DNA of 60,731 nucleotides, filler included, from Basidiobolus ranarum (Eukaryota): NCBI GenBank assembly GCA_040143965.1. It is 5 parts of 5 records of this genome, joined end to end, with 100 filler letters (N's around TTAATTAATTAA, not from the genome) between each part and the next. Parts side by side here need not be neighbours in the genome. Positions count along the whole stretch, not along the records: positions 48,693 to 60,731 come from JASJQH010000571.1; 4 more parts are not named here. One strand, 5' to 3'. Shown piece by piece: positions 50,491 to 60,731 of this stretch (position 1 is its first letter; each line of letters starts with the position of its first letter). The notes under the pieces were generated by a model. It saw only the letters and a program-made list of their open reading frames with translations, ran no database searches and was not told where the DNA came from. The position numbers and the translations under genes were made by a program.

Positions 50491-53367
50491 GTAGAAATAG
50501 TAGTCACTCCTAAATAGTCATGCGTGAAGCTCAACAACACAGTGGCTAGAATCAACACTTGGCAAGAGCAGCAGACTGAAAGATCATTAGAGACAGAGCG
50601 TAGCATGCGGCAAATGGATAGTTCGAATTGCAAGGAATGAACTGTATAAGTGGTTATCAGACCTTGATTCAATATAATGAAATATAACTGACTGAAATTC
50701 AACTGGTCGCGATAATTGCTAAAGAATGCTACACTTTTATGATGAACATGTGAATGATTTAATGATGTGTAAGCGAATTAATAAAATAGATCTATATCCG
50801 CTGGATCATTGGTTTTATAGAACCCAGGATCACATGCATATCATGCTCTCACAATACCCATTTCATCCACGCATTTTCGGCCAAAACGTCGCCTAATTCT
50901 AAGTGATTCGTCAAGCATTTTTCTGCTATCAGAATGGATCGTTATGTCTGGAGAAGGCCGAATATTTCCTGACATCCCAAATCAACTTAGCATGACTACA
51001 GTACTAAATAAGTATCTTAATTAGGTCGGAAACCCTGTTCCGGATTACATCTATCCTTTTGAAATTATACAAAAAAACTTGAATTAGATTGAATCGTCCA
51101 CACGAATTATTATGATATAGCTTAAATATAAGCTTAGTTGAGTTTGCCAATAGTGTGGATGGTCACTGATTAGCTGCCTTTCCAGGATAATCATATATAT
51201 AATAGTGCTTTCTCCTCGAGTGAGTCATCCGACTGGACTGATGAAAATACTCCGAAACACATGCAATATTTCCTCTCTTAGCAAGCGTCGCTTTATGGTA
51301 GTAATACGTAAGTGTAACAGTTTCCATGTCATAATTCAGGCCTCAACTACTCGAATTCTACTTTTATGGTAAAAATATGCTCACCTCTTAAACCTTCCCA
51401 CGAGAATGTGCGCAATCCGGACACAAAGCACGGGGCCTTCTTGTAGCCTAAACTGGGGTGTAATTATCGTTAGAATGATGCAACTCATAGAGTCGGGTAA
51501 ACTATCCAGCAAAACTTCCCGGATGCCATCCTTGAAATTAAATGGTCATTTTTGGGATTAACATAGGAATTTTAATGGATTCTCACACCGAGTCCAAGAA
51601 TCTCGAAACCACATGACCCTCGGGTATAGATCAAGTAAAAGGCTGAGCGCCTGAAATATAACCAGTCACATCTAATCCGATATCCTAGATAATAACCCAC
51701 GCATAGCCAGATGGGAAGGTTGAGTGTGACTTAAAGCATCCATTTTCAACCAAGTCAAAGCTCATAATAGAGCTGTATTCTATTTGGTTGATTTGGAAAG
51801 GGAGCAATAGCTACTGTGTATTTAGAAAATGAAACAGCGGTAAATCACCGATCGTTAGATTGTTTCTCCAGATTATAAATCATTCACCACGATAGGAACG
51901 ATGGTGCCAAAGATGATTTCCATTGGCCATAGAAATATCTAGTAGACATCTGTATTTCTAAGAAATACCGTTAGCCATTGTTACGCACGGTGGCTCATCG
52001 CTCTAAGGATTATTTAGGATGCCCTGAGCATCTGAAGCAATATGTAGTATAGTGCGAACACTGTTGGAAAACGACGTGCTATCGGGGAAATCTGTGTGGG
52101 TTCGTCAATACAATTACAATATCATTAAATAGATGCACTTGGCAATAGCTCAAAGTGAAAAAAATCGTAGGACCTCTATGGAGAGAATACCTAAATATCA
52201 ATGATCAAAAGGAAGGGTATGATGGTGGAATACCTTTCCACAACTTGGTAATTCGGAACACGTTACTCCTTGTATTTCAAAAGGAGTCAACTTTCGAAGC
52301 TCCAGGTTCCACAAGGGGCAGATGAAGCGAAGATTAGTCGGGTTGGTAAGGGCAGAGCACTAAATTGAATCATCGAAGTTTGACACATGACAGTGATTCC
52401 ATTGCAAGATGTTCAACAATAAATGCGTAGGGCATTATGGATTGTTGGAATCACGTTATGTTATGGCTCTCCTATGTTGCTTACAAATGAGTGCGATGAT
52501 TAGACATTACGTAAAAGTTGATTGCTGGATTATTCTTTCAAGTTGAGAAACTGCCATACATACTAGAGGAATTGTATTTGGAATGCATGAGCAATATCGG
52601 AGAGTTTCCTCCTGCACAGATGGAGAACATTCCCAACAAATACGACGTCGCACGCTTAAGAGATGAGCATCACTGATTTTGCAACATGATTTGGTTACTC
52701 GGTGATTGAGAGGAAACGAGATTGTGGGAATCTTTTGAACTAATAGATCAGACTCGGGATTTATGTCACCCTACAGTTCAAACGCCCTTTTGTGTGATTT
52801 GATGACATTAGAAGAATATACTGGATAACATTGGCCATATTGGTGATGACTGATCGATCATGTCTTACAGATGTTGTAATAGAATCAAATTGAAATGGAG
52901 TAGTATTCTATTTTCTTGGATCGTATTTGTTAAATTCAAGAACCCATATGACCTATTTCCTAGAATGATCAAGTTGACTGGTTTAGTCAAAATAGTTCAG
53001 CCGACGCTCCTGGAGATATGCCGTTGCCGAGAAATGTTATACCGCCAAGATGATTTATACACACGAGTAAAGAATACAATGCTACGAATAAAAACAAACG
53101 GAACCATCATTGTTAAGACTTCATGGGGGAGGGACATACGGAGTACCTGTTCCCGAATTTCCTTACCATATCGAAATGTATATGTCATTTTGTACCGTAG
53201 GAGTAGAATTGAAAGTCTCACCGATAAATATAAGAACTCGTTAGTTCTCACACAGGTCTTACAATCAATCTGGTTTTTTATTTCACTTGTCCTTTGTACA
53301 CTTCTACCAGCTCCAGATTTTCATTTGTACCATCGCCCCTATAATTATATTTCCATTATAGTCGCTA

Positions 53368-55100
53368 ATGACTGACAAAGATTTAAAAGTCGACAGTCGT
53401 AATGCTGTGCACGAGGAGAGCCTAGCGCAGCATGATCCCCAAGATTTCACCGGATTACGCCGTGTATCTGATCGGATTCCAATTGCCGCTTGGTTTATTG
53501 TTATCAGTAAGTATATTCTCATCCTGAAAAGTGCATATCCAAAGTAAACTCTAACCTCACTTGTCTCTTCCTCCTCCTCCCACCACTTCTAGATGAGTTC
53601 TGTGAACGATTTGCATATTATGGTGGTTCCGCGCCTTTCACCAACTATGTCCAATTCCCTGCTGGGAATCCAGACCAAGCTGGTGCCCTAGGCAAAGGTC
53701 AATCTACCTCCACCGCTTTGAAGCAGTTCTTCACCTTCTTCTGCTACCTAACGCCCCTACTTGGAGCTGTGATAGCGGATCAATATCTTGGAAAATACAA
53801 GACCATTCTCATTTTCTCGATAGTTTACATGGTTGGCTGGCTCATTGTCACTGTAACCTCCATCCCATCTATTATCGACTCTGCTGGTTATCCAGGTTAC
53901 ATTGTCTCTCTGATTGTCATTGGTTTGGGTACTGGTGGTATTAAGCCATTAGTCTCTCCTATGGCTGCAGATCAGTACAATCAAAATGAACCGGAGGTTC
54001 GTGTTATCAAAGGTGAACGAGTAATTGTAGATCCCGAACTCAACGCTCAGCACTTGTACAATTGGTTCTATTGGGCCATCAATGTTGGCTCCTTGATTGG
54101 TGGTATTGTGACTCCACAACTCGAACTCCATGTTGACTTCTGGCTTGCATATTTAGTTCCCACCTGCATGTTTGCAGTTGCAATTGTTATCTTTGTTGCT
54201 GGAAACAAGCTTTATAATAAGGTTCCTCCAAGTGGAGAGTCTGCTCTTATCAAAGGATACCGTTGCTACAAGTATGCTCATCGTCGTGCAGCAAAGGCCA
54301 CTGTCAAGCCTGCCAACATGTTAGATGCGGCCAAGAGTGATTGTGAAGGAATCCCTCCAGAGACTGAGGACGAGAAAGCCACGAGACGTTGGGACGATCG
54401 TTTCGTTGATGACTTGAAGCAAACTATCATGGCTTGTAAGATCTTTATTCCTATGACGGTCTATTGGATTGCTTACAACCAGATCACTTCCAATCTGATC
54501 TCTCAAGCTGCAGATATGGCACTCCATGGTCTTCCCAACGATATTATCACCAATATTGATCCTATCGCTTTGGTTATCTTCCTTCCTTGCATGGATCTGT
54601 TTGTGTATCCAGGCCTGAGAAAGGTCAACATGAACCCACGCCCTATGACTCGAATTTTCCTCGGTTTCATGCTTGGTGCACTTGCTATGGCCGCTTCTTC
54701 CATAGTTCAAAATGAGATCTACAGAAGACGTGATCACGGCCTCCCTCTATTGAATGTTTGGTGGCAAATCCCGGCGTATGTTCTCATTGCTCTATCCGAG
54801 ATTTTTGCCAGTGTCACATCTCTAGAGTACTCGTACACTCATGCACCCGACTCACTCAAGGGTATGGTATCTGCGATGTCACTTCTACCCAACGCTATCG
54901 CTGCCTTGATTGGTATCTTCCTTTCACCCGTCTCCAAGGATCCCTACCTTACCTGGATGTACGGTGGTGTTGGCATTGCCTGCTTCGTGGTAGGAATTCT
55001 TTTCTGGTTCTTCTTCAAGCACTATGATCGACTAGATGATGAAATTAAACGTCAAAGAATGGAGAAAGAGAATGAGGAAAAGAGTAGATCCATGGAATGA
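53368..55100 (+). CDS. PTR2: POT-family proton-dependent oligopeptide transporter, copy 1
   Basis: EFCERFAYYG motif, GAVIADQYLGKY, GTGGIKP, FYWAINVGSL; intron 53507-53592. Confidence 0.96.
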
Positions 55101-57068
55101 ACCAATAATGAGTAAATCATCAAAAATTTCGTTAGTACATTCCCTTTGAGATACGATTTTGTTTTCAATCATATACATTCCTGTATTCATAAACATTGGC
55201 CAATCCTCGACTACGATCCCAGCATTCAAGCTCAATATTTCTTTACTCCTTCCATGGTTCTTAACAACCTCCAATATTTGACCTTTAACAATAAACTATG
55301 AAACCGATAATTTCCATTATCCATCTCGCAACTGCGTGTGCCAAGATATTTTCCATGGCAAGAGTGTTGCGACAGGTAGTACATCCTTTCCAAATAAAAA
55401 GCACGAGTATTGGGCAGTTGTTCATTTGATAATTACATGTTGCATCTGCAGGTATTTGAACCAATCGGACTATCTAGATATTCAGAAGCATAGTATTTAA
55501 TGGTCATTTTAACTCCTTCGATTTTCATAAACGTGGGAACTGAGTGTCGAGCGTTCAAAACTATGGCAGTGCGACCTCTCATAACCCGAATATCCATATA
55601 TACGACATTTTATCCTGATTAGTAATTATTTACCACAAGCTCGATCGTCATACCTAAGATACGGTGGATTTGACAAAGTGTTCATTATGTCATATGCTTT
55701 TGAATTCACTGTATTCTGGATCAAAATAAAAGGAGTTATCGGTGCAGCCGATTCGGCCATTGATTAAGATCGAGATGTTTCTGCTACTAGACTTTATAAA
55801 ACCTTGAAGTATGAAAACCTAATGCTAGTTTAAAGTTAATATTCTCCATACTGACCATTTCTAGCAATGATATATAGTCAGGTGAATCTAGTTCTAACGC
55901 CTATCGCATGTCTGGATCCGACGAGCAAACCCGAAGCTTCGTTGTCATTGTAAGCACAAATTAGATGTACCTTTCAGTAGTTCCATGGATAGCCTGTCGG
56001 GCCGATTCTGCCCTTTACTGTAACGCTTGATGCTCAATACGGTCTATCGTTACAAAAATAAGAATGATGAAAATTACCAATCCGGTGGTGTGATTCCTTT
56101 TCCCACACGACACATCGTATTCTTCGTTCAACTATTTTCCCAGATCTTTTGTTTGGCTCGTACTTGAAACTGCGATTCATACTCTCATGTGCTCTCTCGT
56201 CGTCGTTATTCAGTCATATTTCAGGTTTCTATCTCTTTAGAGAGTGTTTGAATCCGTAGCCGTCTAGGGACTGATATTTTCTAATGTTGGTATCATTCTC
56301 TAGATGTCTATCTAATGGGAGAATACAAGGTCTCGTGAGCTGTCCTTCTATATACAGCACTTAGTGTACGACAACCATATTGAGAACCAAATAAATCACC
56401 AAAATATCCAAAATATCAGAAGGACAAGTAAATGCAAAATAATGCCTTTTAAAAGCGTTGTCTTATACAACAGGCCGACACTAAGGGTATTCAGTTCCGG
56501 ACAGTATGGTACATGTGATACGAATCAAATGACCTTAAAGATTTTCTCACATTACACATGTCGCTCGTAATGTTGTGATTATAGGTTTACTTCTCTGTCT
56601 ACAATAAGATAATATTACGGTTAGAGTTGGCTTTAGAGACTGGGCCAATCATCCGGAATATCCCACATTGGCCGAGTATTCCTTACTGCAAAAAGAACAT
56701 CGTTGAGAGTTCGGCATTCCAACGATACTAATGAACGTAATTCTAGACAATATTGCTATTCACACATGGGCTGTCTCTCAGCTTGGATACACAGAATCTC
56801 ACTCTGGATAGATGAGTCAGATTCTCAATCCCAATTATTTCTAAATAAGTAATTTGCTAACGATATAGGCAGTTTTGGATAAGCCTTATGTCCACTCGAA
56901 ATTAGGAGTCTCACAAGAGGCTCACTAATTGCATGATCCCAAAATCGTTGAATTCCGATAGTATAAAGCTAAGCCCAATTGATGCCTCAAATATCATTAT
57001 CCTACGGTTCTCAGTTCTTTTCTCTTTCTACATTCTTCCTCCAATTGCTGTGACCACTCTAAAGCATT

Positions 57069-58801
57069 ATGGCAGATAAAGACATAAAAGTCGATAGTCG
57101 TGAAATTGGTCACGAGGAAGGGTTGGCTCAAACCCAACAGGACACTAGAGGACTACGCCGTACATATGATAAAATTCCAGTTGCTGCTTGGTTCATTATT
57201 ATCAGTACGTATATTCTCATCGTAAAAAGTATATATCTAAGGTAAATTCTAACATCCCTCGCCTCTTCCTCCTCCTCCCACCCCTTCTAGATGAGTTCTG
57301 TGAACGATTTGCATATTATGGTGGTTCCGCGCCCTTCACCAACTATGTCCAATTCCCTGCTGGGAATCCAGACCAAGCTGGTGCCCTAGGCAAAGGTCAA
57401 TCTACCTCCACCGCTTTGAAGCAGTTCTTCACCTTCTTCTGCTACCTAACACCCCTAGTTGGAGCTGTGATAGCGGATCAATATCTTGGAAAATACAAGA
57501 CCATTCTCATTTTCTCGATAGTTTACATGGTTGGCTGGCTCATTGTCACTGTAACCTCCATCCCATCTATTATCGACTCTGCTGGTTATCCAGGTTACGT
57601 AATCTCTCTGATTGTCATTGGTTTGGGTACTGGTGGTATTAAGCCATTAGTCTCTCCTATGGCTGCAGATCAGTACAATCAAAATGAACCGGAGGTTCGT
57701 GTTATCAAAGGTGAACGAGTAATTGTAGATCCCGAACTCAACGCTCAGCACTTGTACAATTGGTTCTATTGGGCCATCAATGTTGGCTCCTTGATTGGTG
57801 GTATTGTGACTCCACAACTCGAACTCCATGTTGACTTCTGGCTTGCATATTTAGTTCCCACCTGCATGTTTGCAGTTGCAATTGTTATCTTTGTTGCTGG
57901 AAACAAACTTTACCATAAAGTTCCTCCAAGTGGAGAGTCTGCTCTTGTCAAAGGATACCGTTGCTACAAGTATGCTCATCGTCGTGCAGCAAAGGCCACT
58001 GTCAAGCCTGCCAACATGTTAGATGCGGCCAAGAGTGATTGTGAAGGAATCCCTCCAGAGACTGAGGACGAGAAAGCCACGAGACGTTGGGACGATCGTT
58101 TCGTTGATGACTTGAAGCAAACTATCATGGCTTGTAAGATCTTTATTCCTATGACGGTCTATTGGATTGCTTACAACCAGATCACTTCCAATCTGATCTC
58201 TCAAGCTGCAGATATGGAACTCCATGGTCTTCCCAACGATATTATCACCAATATTGATCCTATCGCTTTGGTTATCTTCCTTCCTTGCATGGATATATTT
58301 GTGTATCCAAGCCTGAGAAAGGCCAACATGAACCCACGCCCTATGACTCGAATTTTCCTCGGTTTCCTTCTAGGTGCACTTGCTATGGCCGCTTCTTCCA
58401 TAGTGCAAATTGAGATCTACAGAAGACGTGATCACGGCCTCCCTCTATTGAATGTTTGGTGGCAAATCCCGGCGTATGTTCTCATTGCTCTATCCGAGAT
58501 TTTTGCCAGTGTCACATCTCTAGAGTACTCGTACACTCATGCACCCGACTCACTCAAGGGTATAGTATCTGCGATGTCACTTCTACCCAACGCTATCGCT
58601 GCCTTGATTGGTATCTTCCTTTCACCCGTCTCCAAGGATCCCTACCTTACCTGGATGTACGGTGGTATTGGTATTGCCTGCTTCGTGGTAGGAATTCTTT
58701 TCTGGTTCTTCTTCAAACATTATGATCAACTTGACGATGAAATCAAACGTAAGAGACTAGAAAATGAGAACAATCAGGATATGAAGGCTATCGAGCATTA
58801 A
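57069..58801 (+). CDS. PTR2: POT-family oligopeptide transporter, copy 2
   Basis: Same motifs; ATG 57069, intron 57205-57290. Confidence 0.96.
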
Positions 58802-59630
58802 TCACTCATGGAGTTACCAAGTAGATCTATGAATAACTATGAACATGGGAAAGGGGAGACATTGGTAACCAATGAGTTGGTTTTTTTTTTTGAAAAATAT
58901 CCCAAGGAAATCATTTCATTGGGATTTTGAAATTTTGTTGAATTTGGAATGAATTCATTTTATCATTTAAAATCAAATCCAATCCAACATGTTAACATAT
59001 CATCTTAATGATATGTTAAATTTAGGAAGATTTCTTTTTACCTATCTATCTGGTTTTTTTTTATTCTTTTCTTTACACCTTCATAACTATTTCCTTTGCA
59101 GTAAATATATTCTTTTGAAATAAATTCCACTTCAATTTTGTATGAAATTGCTCCATTCTATGTATGAGATAAACTTCCAGAGAAGCATAGTTGAAATACT
59201 CTTCATCTTAGGCATGCTATATGATTTCTTATGCTAAAATGATCCAGTGGAAAGGTGAAATAATGCCGCAATGGGCGTTACTGTTATATTGCGTAGGCAT
59301 AAATTACATTCAACATCAAGTGGCCCAAGTTAACATTGGTTACCCATCCATTGAACAATCTAATACTAATACTATCGGATGATTGGTCTGTTAATGTATA
59401 TCTTAAGTGAAAACCATAATTTTATTGAAGTATCAATTTAATTCTACATTTTATTCAATGTTGGATGTAGAAAGAGAAATGTATATCCAATTCAATCTTA
59501 AAGGAGAAACTGATGGAGGGGAGTTGGTTTTGTCTCGAGTAGGCTACCAATACCAATAATTACAATGAATTCATGGCATTTTCATAAACATATATTTTAT
59601 TAAGGAATTAAAATATCAATATGCTCCACC

Positions 59631-60731
59631 CTAGTTGAAGTATCTGGGCTCGTCAAAGACATGGTATCTATGCTTACGGACACCTTCTCCATAAAATTGT
59701 GGAGGATAACGTTGGCTTACGGGGACCTGAGACTCAGGAATACGTCTGTAGATATCTTTTGGTAATTCGGCTTCATCAACGATTTGGAATTTACCTGATT
59801 GGATCTCAGTATCTGTAATACCACCATGTGAAATTCTAGCATAACCAAGACGCTTAACTCCACGGAATGCAACGTATTCACACCATCTATCGTCATCAGT
59901 GGGATCTATATCATTGACATTTCCGTCATCCATCAGAATGTGATAGTTACCCATATGAGGCTTGGTTACTACATATCCCAGGAATACAAATGGATTGGGC
60001 GACTCGCGCATAATTCTAGCAATCTCGGTGGTTTGTAACTTACGATCTACAGGATCTTCTTCCTGTCCATTGTGGGAAACGATAACATCAACATGTTTAC
60101 CATATACATCCAAGGTAGCATGGATGGCGCATGCTAATTCTCCCACTGGGGAAGGAAGAAGATGGTGAGTGGAGTTTACAATTGGGAACTTGGAGAGTAA
60201 TGTACATCCCCAAGTATGGCCAGTTGGTCCAGGTCCAAAGTCAGCATACATATTCAAATCTTCAGCCAAGGATTGAGTAAGATCACGATTACCCATGATG
60301 ATACGTTGAGTATCTGATTCAAGCAAACCAATGACATCTAATTCAAGCTCACGGATGGCATCACGCATTCTTGTCTCACTAGCCCACATGTCGTTATCGA
60401 GAGCGAAGTGAATAGTCCAGATTCCAGCAGTCATAATCTTATCTTCAGGGTGATAAGGCTTAGGTTTCTCGAGGGGAATTCTAGTAACGTAGGTAAGAGC
60501 ACCAGCCAATACCAAACCAATAAGCTTCCAGTTGATCATCTTGCGACGAGCTTTGAATGCAGGAGAGCTAAGTTTCTTCACATATTTCTCATCTACTGGA
60601 GGCATACTGGCAAGGCCGATACCGATCAATCCCATCATAACAATCAAGATAACGTGTGTACTTTCGCGCAAAATAGGACCTCCTGGAACAAAGGCATAGG
60701 CAACAACCCAGACGTGCATGAGATCCAAGAT
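59631..60731 (-). CDS. CWH43: Cwh43/PGAP2-interacting protein, C-terminal part (GPI ceramide remodelling)
   Basis: HVWVVAYAFVPGGPILRE, TAGIWTIHF, LLESDTQRIIMGNRD, GPGP..HTWG, HNGQEED, DRWCEY, TDTEIQ. Confidence 0.95.
   Translation of the reverse strand: MLDLMHVWVVAYAFVPGGPILRESTHVILIVMMGLIGIGLASMPPVDEKYVKKLSSPAFKARRKMINWKLIGLVLAGALTYVTRIPLEKPKPYHPEDKIMTAGIWTIHFALDNDMWASETRMRDAIRELELDVIGLLESDTQRIIMGNRDLTQSLAEDLNMYADFGPGPTGHTWGCTLLSKFPIVNSTHHLLPSPVGELACAIHATLDVYGKHVDVIVSHNGQEEDPVDRKLQTTEIARIMRESPNPFVFLGYVVTKPHMGNYHILMDDGNVNDIDPTDDDRWCEYVAFRGVKRLGYARISHGGITDTEIQSGKFQIVDEAELPKDIYRRIPESQVPVSQRYPPQFYGEGVRKHRYHVFDEPRYFN

Noticed and set aside
52860-53375. 171-aa ORF upstream of PTR2
   Set aside because: Overlaps the TATA/5' UTR of PTR2, has no recognisable motifs and is probably spurious.

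Overview
Eukaryotic genomic DNA with short GT-AG introns, most consistent with an early-diverging fungus (Mucoromycota/Zoopagomycota-like; taxon is an inference). The window is not one locus. It is five ~12 kb pieces of decreasing length (12099, 12074, 12065, 12054, 12039 bp) joined by identical 100-bp N/TTAATTAATTAA/N spacers, so adjacency across spacers means nothing. Host genes: C2H2 TF, a PXA-C2-RGS-PX-Nexin_C sorting nexin, SDR, a small GPI-like protein, an orphan secreted protein, a ubiquitin-like/ANKFN1-like gene, an HMG-box TF, divergent RPL35A/RPL26, an RNA m5C methyltransferase, two tandem PTR2 transporters and CWH43. Pseudogenes: alpha/beta hydrolase, ABCG and possibly an amine oxidase. 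There are CpG-depleted nested Ty1/copia remnants and solo LTRs. The top finding is a decayed, intron-containing Fanzor (eukaryotic TnpB-like RNA-guided RuvC nuclease) at ~35131-36438, split by a solo LTR with a perfect AGAAG target-site duplication; the ORF track shows it only as two small fragments. Family assignments are from motif recognition by eye; no searches were run.
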